DNA of 39,140 nucleotides from Chiloscyllium plagiosum (taxonomy: Eukaryota), in the NCBI RefSeq assembly GCF_004010195.1, contig NC_057749.1, positions 22,289,267 through 22,328,406 of the forward strand, given 5' to 3'. Made by a program: the position numbers and the translations under genes. The notes under the pieces were generated by a model. It did not search any database. It saw nothing but the letters and a program-made list of their open reading frames with translations, and was not told the DNA's origin. Position 1 is the stretch's first letter, and every line of letters begins with the position of its first letter. Below are positions 10,740 through 21,738 of this stretch, in pieces.

Positions 10740-12350
10740 GATCACTCTTCGTTCTTTTTAAACTCCGAGTGATCCACAGGCCCAGCCTGCCCAACCTTTC
10801 CTCATGAGATACCATCTGGAATCAGTGCAGTCAACCTGCAGTCCTGTTCTCTTCAGCAACCTGTACATCTTCATTCCTGATGAAGGGCTTTTGCCTGCAA
10901 CGTTGGCTCTCCTGCCCCTTGGACGCTGCCTGACCTGCTTTTTTTTTAGATTAGATTACATTACAGTATGGAAACAGGCCCTTCGGCCCAACAAGTCCAC
11001 ACCGACCCGCCGAAGCGCAACCCACCCATTCCCCTACATTTACGCCTATACCTAACACTAGGGGCAATTTAGCATGGCCAATTCACCTGACCTGCACATC
11101 TTTGGACTGTGGGAGGAAACCGGAGCACCCGGAGGAAACCCACGCAGACACGGGGAGAACGTGCAAACTCCACACAGTCAGTCGCCTGAGTCGGGAATTG
11201 AACCCGGGTCTCTGGCGCTGCGAGGCAGCAGTGCTAACCACTGTGCCACCGTGCCGCCCACTCTAATCTCCAGCACCACTTTTCCAGCACCACTCTAATC
11301 TCCAGCATCTGCGGTCCTCACTATCGCCAACTGTAGAAACACTGTGTCACTTGTACGTATCACTCTCTTTGTAAAAAAAAAAAAATCAGCATTCCATCTC
11401 TGTGACAGTGGAAGCCCTTTATAGTTCATGGACTGGACTTGAGATAACTCTTTCACATTCGAAACGCTTAGAGTCTACTGGTCCAGCACAGGCACATTCC
11501 TTTCAATACAAGCAGTCCTACTCATTTGTTGACCTTCACATTAATTCTTTTTTGTGATTCATGTACTAGGACATTCGCCCCGTGTCCGCGTGGGTTTCCT
11601 CCAGATGCTTTGGTTTCCTCCCACAGTCGAAAGATGTGCAGGTTAGGGTGGATTGGCCATGGGAAATTACCCATAGTGTCCATGGATGTGTAGGCTAGTT
11701 GGATTGATCACTCTTCGTTCTTTTTAAACTCCGAGTGATCCACAGGCCCAGCCTGCCCAACCTTTCCTCATGAGATACCATCTGGAATCAGTGCAGTCAA
11801 CCTGCAGTCCTGTTCTCTTCAGCAACCTGTACATCTTCATTCCTGATGAAGGGCTTTTGCCTGCAACGTTGGCTCTCCTGCCCCTTGGACGCTGCCTGAC
11901 CTGCTGTGCTTTTCCAGCACCACTCTAATCTCCAGCATCTGCGGTCCTCACTTTCGCCAACTGTAGAAACACTGTGTCACTTGTACGTATCACTCTCTTT
12001 GTAAAAAATAAAAATCAGCATTCCATCTCTGTGACAGTGGAAGCCCTTTCTGGTTCATGGACTGGACTTGAGAGAACTCTTTCACATTTGAAACGCTTAG
12101 AGTCTACTGGTCCAGTACAGGCACATTCCTTTCAATACAAGTAGTCCTACTCATTTGTTGACCTTCACATTAATTCTTTTTTGTGATTCATGTACTAGGA
12201 CAGCGTGGTGTTTGCACATTCGCCCCGTGTCCGCGTGGGTTTCCTCCAGATGCTTTGGTTTCCTCCCACAGTCGAAAGATGTGCAGGTTAGGGTGGATTG
12301 GCCATGGGAAATTACCCATAGTGCCCATGGATGTGTAGGCTAGTTGGATT
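10740..12350. repeat. Head-to-tail duplication (10740-11705 and 11706-12350); copy 1 carries an extra SINE
   Basis: Both copies begin gatcactcttcgttctttttaaactcc and end gctagttggatt. Confidence 0.95.
10940..11259 (-). mobile_element. Young full-length HE1-type SINE
   Basis: Near-identical to copies at 25754, 26886 and 30737. (aatct)n/A tail. Confidence 0.93.
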
Positions 12351-12359
12351 AGCCATGGG

Positions 12360-12452
12360 TCTAGATTAGAGCGGTGCTGGAGAAGCACAGGTGGTCAGGC
12401 AGCACCTGAGGAGCAGGAAAATCGACGTTTCGGGCAAAAGCCCTTCATCAGA
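12360..12452 (-). mobile_element. 93-bp Penelope terminal fragment inserted in a SINE; 12-bp TSD; intact hammerhead core at 12420-12455
   Basis: TSD attagccatggg at 12348-12359 and 12453-12464. Minus strand AAUU-CUGAUGA-A-GGGC-UUUU-GCCC-GAAAC-GUC-GAUU. Confidence 0.82.
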
Positions 12453-13549
12453 ATTAGCCATGGGGAATGCAGTGTTACTTGGATGGGGGTGGGGTCTGGG
12501 TGGGATGCTCTTCAGAGGTGTGGGCTTGATGGGCCAAATGGCCCCTTTCCTCACTGCAGGGATTCTATGATAAGACAGTCACTCTGAACATGGTATCAGG
12601 GTAGTATATCTTCCCTGATCTTCCTCCAATGCCAGTAAATCCTTAGGTAAAGGGACCCAAACTGTTCAGGTCTGGCCTGGCATAGTTTTACCAAAACATG
12701 TGCACTCTTTTCCCTTCGAACAAAGCTCTAGGGGGTCTGATTCCACATTGTCAGGCATCCCCTCAGAGCCCCCGGCACTCCCTTTACTTGGTGGTTCTGT
12801 GCATCATCAAATCAAACCTCTACACACCCCATGCTAACAGTCTTTTCATTTCCCGATTGGTCCACAATTGCCAACTTGCCCTCATGCCCTGAACACCCTC
12901 CCTCAACCTGTCCACGTGCTCAACTCTGAACACTTCAGAAACCTCAGAGTATCAGGATTTACTACATTTGCACATGCGCTGTTCCCATGCCACAGATTTT
13001 GAAAGAGCTCAGACACTTCTCCACAATATGGTGGATAAGGGATTAGGATGGGTGGATGGGGCCAGGGTTTGCGATAGAGGAAACCCTGCAGCTACTAAAC
13101 AAGGCATCAGTGACAGTGCAATGCCAGGGCTGACTCACTGGACAACACACAAACTCATTGTCTGTCTGTGCTGAGTGGGAGCTAATGGCAGCCAGGACTG
13201 TGACAGAGACGAAACTCAGCCAGAGCACTCAGTGTTGGTCAGCTTTCAGGGAGGTTTGACAGAGCAGTGAGCCAGCAGCATTCTGTACCTCAGCTTCACG
13301 GTAATGGAGGGGGATTGTCTCCATTCACCACAGTGAGGGGCATCTTACCCAGTACCTGGGAGGCAGGGGGCACTCTCACAGTAAGTGCGGCAAAGGTTTT
13401 TCTCTCTCAGCTTGGGGAGGGGTGTGTCTAGATTGTAGTATCGGGTTGAGAGGTGGAGGGACAGAGACCACCAGATTGCAGTCTCAAAGAAGATGTGTGT
13501 GCACTGTGCGCATGGGGAAGGGGTGCGCATATGTCAGGGGGTGTGTGTG

Positions 13550-13915
13550 NNNNNNNNNNNNNNNNNNNNNNNNNNNNNNNNNNNNNNNNNNNNNNNNNNN
13601 NNNNNNNNNNNNNNNNNNNNNNNNNNNNNNNNNNNNNNNNNNNNNNNNNNNNNNNNNNNNNNNNNNNNNNNNNNNNNNNNNNNNNNNNNNNNNNNNNNNN
13701 NNNNNNNNNNNNNNNNNNNNNNNNNNNNNNNNNNNNNNNNNNNNNNNNNNNNNNNNNNNNNNNNNNNNNNNNNNNNNNNNNNNNNNNNNNNNNNNNNNNN
13801 NNNNNNNNNNNNNNNNNNNNNNNNNNNNNNNNNNNNNNNNNNNNNNNNNNNNNNNNNNNNNNNNNNNNNNNNNNNNNNNNNNNNNNNNNNNNNNNNNNNN
13901 NNNNNNNNNNNNNNN
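13550..13915. other. Assembly gap (366 N) within GT-rich low-complexity sequence
   Basis: N run flanked by (gt)n-like tracts. Confidence 0.99.
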
Positions 13916-14354
13916 CGTGTGGGTGTGGGGGTGCGTGTGAGGGTGGTGATGCATGTGGTGGTAGTGCGTGTGGCGGTGGGTGTGACAGGTTGAGAGTGTG
14001 GCCAGAGCAAAGGACAAGGGGGTTGTGCATGATGCTGAAGGAGGACTGAGATGTAAAGAGGGGGGAAACGAAGATGTGTAAAGGAGAACATGGGTCCAGT
14101 CAGCTAAAAGCTGAGTCAATAAAACATGGCTCTCACATACTGCCAGACCTGCCGAGAATCTGCACCAGAGGTTGAGGAGATCACAAGTTACTAATCAGGA
14201 CATTCACAAGCCCTGTATTTAACACACCTTCCTCTATGCCTGATCCCCCTATTAAGTAATGGTTTATTGCCCCAGCAGTAGGAAATGCCCCATGGCATAA
14301 AGCACTTAGCTTGCAGACATCTGAACTGCTATTTTGGCTGGAGAGTTGATAGTT

Positions 14355-14675
14355 TAGTAATAATACCACAAGATAATTAATCCAGACACCCAGGTAATGT
14401 CCTGGGGGCCTGGGTTCAAATCCTGCCACAGCAGATGGTGGAATTTGAACTTAATTTTAAAAAAGCAAAAATTTGAAATTAAGAATCGAATGATGAACAT
14501 GAAACTATTGTCAATTGTCGAGAAAAACCCATCTAGTTCACCAATGTCCATTAGGGAAGAAAATCTGCCATCCTTACCAGGTCTGGCCTACATGTGACCC
14601 ATAGCAATGTGGCTGACTCTTAATCAGGGAATAAACACTAGCCTGGCCAGTGACGCCCACATCCGTAAATGAATA
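14355..14675 (+). mobile_element. Second tRNA-derived SINE family (related pieces at 23170-23880 + and 36790-36900 -)
   Basis: Box B-like ggttcaaatcc; shared gcagatggtggaatttgaa and ggtctggcctacatgtgac blocks. Family name uncertain. Confidence 0.65.
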
Positions 14676-14811
14676 CAATAGTTCTTGGGAGACTGACCCT
14701 CTAACGCTGTATCCAAAAAGGATAATCGGAAAACATTTTTCTCCAAGATTTTACAAATTGACAACATTGGAACTCAGCCAGCACAGTGAAAAGGTCATTG
14801 AACAAACATAC

Positions 14812-15073
14812 CTGCTGGCTCGGAGTCTCCTCCGAGGGCCTGGGAGGGAAGGTACAGGGAGCTCGGCCGTGGTGGATGTGATAAGGCAGTAACATATTGG
14901 GATCCAGAGGTACCCAGGGCACTGAGAGAGTCGAAGGAGGCGGAGGGAGTGTGCTGTGGGCAGCATGGAGGTTGTAGGCTGCTCTGGTGTACTTCCCTCC
15001 TTGAGAGCTGCGATAGATGGTTATGGACGAGTCTCCCGAGGAGTGACTCAACAGGTATTTGCCCTCTGATAAA
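14812..15073 (-). CDS. ICE2: ICE2 penultimate coding exon (262 nt, phase 2 to 0): LSEGKYLLSHSSGDSSITIY...SVPWVPLDPNMLLPYHIHHGRAPCTFPPRPSEETPSQQ
   Basis: Within ORF 14701-15105(-). SVPWVPLDPxxLLPYHIHHGRxPCTFPP is the conserved C-terminal motif of ICE2/NARG2 (recognised from memory). Acceptor ctttgtttaaactctag, donor CAG|gtatgt. Confidence 0.95.
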
Positions 15074-15189
15074 CTAGAGTTTAAACAAAGAAAGTTATCA
15101 GCCACAATAGTATGATAAACTCAGGCAATCTGGTCCTCCAGTACAGGAAATCGTGCAGAGTCTGTCTAAATTCATTGATTAGTCGCCAG

Positions 15190-15710
15190 GGTATAATGCA
15201 TTACAGCACCGCACATTCTTGGCTGGGCTTACACTGAGAAGCAATGTGTAAAACCACAAAATTTCCTTTCGCTCCAAGTCCAAAACAAAGGGACTGAGAG
15301 AGAAAATAACAGTCTGCAGTGATTGGAACTCGTTCTCGTTCCAATCTAGCCCAATCAGGGAGCCCTGGCTGACAGATATAAATAGGAGTGTACCTGCACA
15401 CACACAACAGGGGTGCTGGGGAAAAAAATAAGCACTACCGCAAAAAAAAAGATTAAAAAAAGATAAACAAACAGGAGTGTCACTGGCCACTCGGGTGTTT
15501 CTTTTCTTCCTGGTGGTGGAAATTCGAATAAAGATGCGTGCACCTTGTTTTTTTCACTGTGTCTCCCACCTGCACACACACACATGGGTGCTGGGGAAAA
15601 TATAAGCACTACCACAGTTAGGCAGGAGTGTGGGGGGAGAAAAAGAAACAACAAAGAGAGAAGAAAAGAAAAAAGAAAAAAAAAAGAACAGGAGTGCCAG
15701 ACATCCTGTT
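15190..15710 (+). mobile_element. LTR-like fragment (CCAAT boxes and TATA) interrupted by an unclassified insertion with a duplicated A-rich tail
   Basis: attgg 15322, ccaat 15341 and 15351, tataaa 15377. aggagtg(t/c) recurs at three junction-like positions. acctgcacacacac..gggtgctggggaaaa..taagcactacc at 15392 and 15568. Confidence 0.45.
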
Positions 15711-15899
15711 GCGTCTTGTTGACTCTTCATCAGAGCTGATGTGAGGTGTGGAGGGAGCAACATTTATGCAATAGTGGGGGCGGGGGGGGTGCGAGGCTGC
15801 TGATAGTACAGATTAAGTCATCGGAATCTGAGAACGAACGTACTGTCTGGTACTTTGATGGCATTCCTGCCCCTGCTTTAATTAACCTCCTTTGATTGT

Positions 15900-17055
15900 T
15901 TGCTGGATAACAAGGAGCGCTGTCATGGACAAGTGGATTCATGTGGCTTACAGGGACTTGCACATCGAAGCGTGGGGACTAAATTGTGTGAGTCTCAGGA
16001 GATAATACTGTGGTGAAATCTTTTCTTGGAATAGAGGACTGCATCAAGTGGGGCTCCCCAGCAGTCAGTGTCAGAAGCCCTGCTTTTCCTGACATGTACT
16101 GATGGCCTAGACTTGGTTGGCCAGGGCACAACTTTGGAATGGTGGAGGATACAAATTTGGAAGCACTGTAAACTGGGAGGGAGACACAAAATGACATGGA
16201 AATGGTAAAAAAAAAAACGAATGCAGAGAAACACAATGTGACTGCTTTTCCTGACATGTACTGATGGCCTAGACTTGGTTGGCCAGGGCACAACTTTGGA
16301 ATGGTGGAGGATGCAAATTTAGAAGCACTGTAAACTGGGAGGGAGACACAAAATGACATGGAAATGGTAAAAAAAAAAAACGAATGCAGAGAAACACAAT
16401 GTGACTCATTTTAGCTGATAAAACAAGGAGAAGCAATTGGAGATAAAAGGATACAATTCTAAAGGGGGTACACGGACAGAGGGACCCAGGGATGCACATA
16501 CAAATCAATGAAGGGGACAGCACAAGTTGAAAATGTAATGAATAAAGTATAGAAGACTTTATAAAGAAGAGCACAGAGGTAAAATAAAGCACATAAAACT
16601 ATAAAAGCATGACTTTAGGGATTGTGTTGTGAGGAGAGGTTGGACAAATTAGGCCTGTTTTCTCGAGAATATAAAGGGTTTAGGGGTGATCTGATCAAAA
16701 TCTTTAAAATGTTAAAAGGAAAGGACAGGGTAGATAAAGTTAAACTGCTTCCACTGGTTTGGAATTCTAGAACGAGGCACACAGTCTGAGAATTATGGTC
16801 AGAGAGTTCAGGAAAGATGTCAGGAAGCACTTCTGCACACAAAGGGTGGTGGATATCTGGAACACTCTTCCACAAATGGCATGTGACGCTGGGTCAGTTG
16901 TTAATGTTACGTCTGAGATAGCTAATATTTTGTTAAACAAAGGTATTAAGTGGCCAAAGGCCAGAGTATGGAGTTGGGGCACAAATCAGCCATGATTGCT
17001 TAGAATGGCGGAGCAGGCTCAAGGGACTGAACAGCCTGCTCCTGTGTTCCTATGA
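15900..17055 (+). mobile_element. Ancient CR1 LINE (decayed RT to 3' tail)
   Basis: gggctccccagcagtcagtgtcagaagccctgcttttcctgac resembles decayed GVPQGSVLGPLLFL; ORF 16795 FCTQRVVDIWNTLP. Confidence 0.8.
16080..16406. repeat. Near-perfect 162-bp tandem duplication inside the ancient CR1
   Basis: ctgcttttcctgacatgtactg begins at 16080 and 16242. Confidence 0.95.
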
Positions 17056-17220
17056 AACACTTGTTTAGCCGTAACTGACATACTGCAGCCAGCCTCGGGC
17101 ACCACAGTTTAGGCAGGATTTCAGAGGGTGATCTACGCACTTCAGTTACAAGGACAGAGAAGATGAGAGCCCTATACGGAGAAAAGATTAAGAAAAACTT
17201 TTAACTTCATTTGATTTAAC

Positions 17221-19673
17221 TTCAAAATTATGGGTGTGGCCAAACCAGTTAAGGAGAACTGTTTCCGTCGGCAAAAGGAACTGGTGCCAGAAGAGACAGA
17301 TTTAAGGTGAAAGATAAATACAGGGATGGCCACCTGAGGAAAATCTTTACTTAGACAACAAGGGTTTTAAGATGTGCAACATATGGTCAGATTGGGTTGG
17401 TTTTCAATGGAATTGGATAATTAACGGAAGGGTAAATATTTGTAGTGCCACAGGGAGGATGCGAGCATGGCACTGGGCTAGTTATTCTGGTACAGAGCCA
17501 GCATAGAGGTTGAATGGCCTCTTTCTGTGCTGTAACCATTCTCTGGTCATTTCCATAGGTTTCCATAACGCATAACTTTAAACTGACCACTACTCATGAT
17601 GAATGAGGCAAAACAAATGTGAGTGAGTATATGCCTGTCAATACGCTGCCAGTGCAACGATTTCTCAAAATTATCAATGACCATTATATTGGTTAAAGTG
17701 TAGACAGGACAGTGTCCATCACTGTGTGGACATTTTGGGCATCAAAATACTTTCGGCAGCAAATAATTCAGAAAAAGGAACTTGGGGGATGAGCAATAGC
17801 TGTTGGCTTTATCCACAACAATCATGTCTTAAAAAGCATTCTACAACCACGGACGCACAGGCAGGTACTCACCTTGAAACCTTTCTCAGTATATTGTGCA
17901 GGATGTTTAATGAGCTTAAAGGGCTGTGAATAAAAGGAGAAGAAATACTATTAAAACAAATGAAGACAGGACATTGGAAATCAAACGTGTTGTAGACAGG
18001 TTTGTCTCAAAATCTATTTTGTCAGAGTCTAAAGCAGAATGATGCTTCTGCCCAGACTGTCTCACCAGCTTCACGAGCCAGATATTCGGGGAAATAAAGC
18101 TAATCACACAAGGCATTGATACATAATGGTTGGCAAAGAAACACAGTCATACAACATGGACACCAACCCTTCAGTCCAACCAGTCCATGCCGACCACAAT
18201 CCCAAACTAAACTAGTCCCCACCTGCCTGTGCTTGGCTCATCTCCCTCCAAACATTTCTTATTCATGAACTTATCCAAATGCCTTTTGAACATTGTAACT
18301 TTGCCCATGTCCACCACTTCTTCTAGAAATTCATTCCACACCAGAACCACTGTGTTAAAATAAATTGCTGTGCCTCTTTTAAATCTTTCTCTTCTCACCT
18401 TAAATGGTATGCCCCCCACCCTACAGAAAAAAAACACCTGCCATTCACCTGATCTACTTGCCTCATGATTTTATTAACCTCTATAAAGGTCACCCCCTCA
18501 ACCTCCTACGCTCCAGTGAAATAAGTCCCAGCCTATACATATAACTCAAACCCTCCATTCCTGGCAACATCCTGGGAAATCTCGTCTGAACCAGCTCCAG
18601 CTTGCCAATGCCCTTCCTATAACAGGGTGACCAGACCCTGACACAGTACTCCAGAAGAGGCCTCACCAACAACCTGTACAACCTCAACATAATGTCCCAA
18701 CTCCGGGACTCAAAGGTCTGAGCAATGAAGGTAAGCATGCTAAATGCGTCAACCACCCAAATGGGACGTCACGCTATTTCAAAGAATGATGTAGTTGAAC
18801 CCCTAGGTCTCGGTGTTCTACAACACTACCTGAGGCCCTATTCTTTTGTATAAGTCCTGCTCTCGTTTGCTTTACCAAAATGCAACACCTCACATTTATC
18901 CAAATTAAACTCCATCTGCCACTCTTCAACCCACTGACCCGATAACTTGCCTCCCTGTCAATGAAGGAGCAGCACTTCAAAAGCTTGTGATCAGAAATAA
19001 ACCTGTTGCACTGCAACCTGGTGTCATGTGACTTCTGACTTTGTCCACCCCAGACCGACACTGACACCTCCACACCAAGGCTGATTTTGGTGTCAATCGC
19101 TAACTTACTAACCATGTCTTCTATATTCTCATTGAAATTACAACAAAAGCGAACCCAGTACCGAGTCCTGTGGAACACCACTGGTCACAGGCCTCCAGTC
19201 CAAAAAGCAACCCTCCACCATCACTCTCTATCTCCTGCCATTAAGTCAACTTTGTATCCAGTTGGCTCTGCTCACTTGTTTTACCCCATTCATCATGAAC
19301 AGTGGTCAGCTCAAAGTTATTAAAGTGACCATAGAATAGAATCCTAGAGTGGCTACAGCCCAGAAAGAGGCCACTCAACCTCTTTGCTTCATGCTGGCTC
19401 TCTGCCAGACTAACCTGCCCAGTCCCATACCCATGTCTTCCCTGCAGTGCTACAAATATTTAACCTTCTGATATTTATCCAATTCCATTGAAAAACAACC
19501 CAATCAGATAATCTGCTCCAAATGTTAAACACTTGTTACAAAAGTTAAGGTTTTCCGCAAATCACAATTCCTGCTTTGACCTATCACCTTAAATCTGTGT
19601 CCTCTGACACCAGCTCCTTTTGCCAAAGAAAACAGCTCTCCGGAACTGGTTTGTCCAAACTCATGATTTTGAA
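17221..19673. repeat. Inverted duplication, arms 17221-17623 and 19271-19673, flanking the 51-nt ICE2 exon
   Basis: Collinear reverse-complement match over about 400 bp, including non-repeat flank (ctgaccactactcatgatgaatg / cattcatcatgaacagtggtcag). Confidence 0.88.
17873..17923 (-). CDS. ICE2: ICE2 internal coding exon (51 nt, phase 2 to 2): (N)PLSSLNILHNILRKVS(S)
   Basis: Acceptor tctccttttattcacag, donor AG|gtgagt. Resembles human NILQHILKKLSS as recalled. Phases match both neighbouring exons. Confidence 0.9.
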
Positions 19674-20400
19674 ACCCGTGATTTAAGTTTTCCAATTAAC
19701 CTACCAGGCAGAACCTTGTCAAAGGCTTTACTAAAGTCCAAGCAAATAACACCTACTGCCCTCATCAATCTTCTTGGTTACTTCCTCAAAAAACTCAATC
19801 CAGTTTGAGCGACACAACTTCCCTTGCACAAAACCCTGCTGACTATCCCTAATCATTCCTTGCCTCCCCAAATGCAAAATAATCCTATTTTCAGAATCAC
19901 TTCCAACAACCTACCCATCACGGAAGTCAGACTCACACATCTATAGTTCCCAGGCTTCTCCTTATATCTCTCCTTGCACCCTTTCTTAAACAGAAGGCAC
20001 ATTAGCCACTCTCCAGTCATCAGGCACCTCACCCTTGGTTATAGATGACACAAACATTTCTGCAAAGGACCCCACAATTTCCTCTGCAAATTCACACAAA
20101 CTCCTGGATCAGGTCCCGGAGATTTATCCATCTTTATGTCTTCTAAGACCTCTAGCACTTCCTCTTCTGTAAGGTGAACTGTTTTCAAAACATCAATACT
20201 TATCGCCTTGAGACCCCTTGCTTACACTTCTTCACAATAAAACAAAACTGACAAAATATTCATGGAGTATCTCTCTCATCTCCGGAGGTTCAACACAAAG
20301 ACAACCTGTTTGATCTTTCAGGGGCCCCTAATCTCTCTAGTTGCTTTCTTGGTCTTAATATATCTGTAGGACCTTTGGATTATCCTTAACCTCATTTGCC
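18140..20400 (-). mobile_element. CR1/HER1-type LINE, about 2 kb, interrupted at about 18945-19075 (Penelope terminal piece) and 19271-19673
   Basis: ORF 18490-18756(-) LYRLLVRPLLEYCVRVWSP; VSKLAIDTKI; DFSKAFDKV encoded at about 19714-19740. Confidence 0.9.
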
Positions 20401-21479
20401 AAGTCTTCAAGGCTCATCAAATTGTGAAAATGCATGGTAGCAGCTACAAGTTAGGAGACTTTGAGAGTCTGTGTCAGTGGAGTTGCACATGTTTAACGCA
20501 CCAACTAGTCTGTGACAGCATGTGCAGGATTGCGCACATCTTTCGACCCTTGTTCTCATACTATGCTACACAGAACAGCAACTTCTGAAAAGCAAGACTT
20601 ATTCTCTGCATTTACTAAAGAACAAATGCCGTTGTTACTGAAAGCAGTAGTCCTGTGCCATAAATCATTACTAGCACTCATTCTTATTGTTAACAGCAGC
20701 TGCCACAAAGGAATGCCTCAAGATCATTGTTAACACTGAGCCAGCAATGACCCTTGCAGGCTCAAAATATCAATACAGACAAGGCCAGAAAAGCGACTGT
20801 CCATCTCGTACAGGTTTAAAACAGCCTCATGGGGTTGGTACCTCCACTGCTCAAATCTGCATCGCTCTGCACTTAATACTTTCTGTCATCATCGTTACTT
20901 ACCTTTAAGTCATGTGACCCAGCCCAACAGGTTCCATGTCCCACTGGCACTTTGAGTTGAAGTAATGTTCAGTGTTTGCCTTCATGATTGTGCTTACTAG
21001 CTTGGCTAACTCTAACAAGGTCACATCGCTTCTAGGCATGCCAAGTTTTGCTCCTCTCTCCTGAGGAAGGGTCACTCTACCCGAAATCTCTCCAGAGATG
21101 CTACCAGGCCGGCAGAGCTTTGCCAACAATTTCTGTCGCTGTGAGAAGGCTTTGTGCATTGACTGTGTCATCTACCTCAGGGATTCCCAAAGTGGGGGCT
21201 CAGACCTGAAGTGGGGTTTTGACCTGAAGCCTTGGCCTCTCAACCTAAGACAACCATGGACCTCTACTGAGCTCTAACAGCAGTGCTCCCTCTCTAACAG
21301 ACTCCTGCTCTCATTGTCACACCTCAACACACTCAGTCTTCTCAATGATTGGTTGTGACAAATTGCAAACACGGGGTCACAGTAGGAAAAAGTTGAAGAG
21401 GCGCTGATCTTCCTTAAAGTAATTTTCTTTCGCTCTCCTCCCTTATACCCCTTCATGCCATTAGTTACTAGAAATCTAT

Positions 21480-21738
21480 TTACAGAATCCCTAGTATGGA
21501 AACAGGCTATTTGGCCCATTGAGTTGATCCCAACCCTCCGAACAGCATCCCACCCCGGCCCATCCCATCCCTGTAACCCTGCATTCCCCATGACCAATCC
21601 ACAAACCTGCACGTCTTTGGACTGTGGGAGGAAACCCACGCAGACACGGGGAGAATGTGCAAACTCCACACAGACTGGTGGAACCGAACCCAGGTCCCGG
21701 GCAATGTGAGACAGCAGTGCCATCCACTGAGCCACCGT
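21480..21738 (-). mobile_element. HE1-type SINE (older, internally deleted)
   Basis: Core motifs in reverse. Sits within a degenerate minus-strand CR1 (about 21430-22155). Confidence 0.85.

Noticed and set aside
10872..10910. Hammerhead motifs at 10872, 11838, 18955, 21060, 22164, 27668 and 30464 as functional
   Set aside because: Each has substitutions in CUGANGA, GAAA or the helix III and cleavage triplet; counted only as decayed copies.
9905..11517. DNA transposon with 122-bp TIRs, or a snoRNA
   Set aside because: No convincing TSD, the right arm interrupts a CR1-like sequence, and no C/D or H/ACA architecture was seen.
13422..14119. Long ORFs in all six frames
   Set aside because: Artefact of translating the N gap.
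15730..16359. Minus-strand ORFs near the penultimate exon as extra ICE2 exons
   Set aside because: Mostly antisense of a decayed CR1 and its duplication. The four identified exons already join without a gap.
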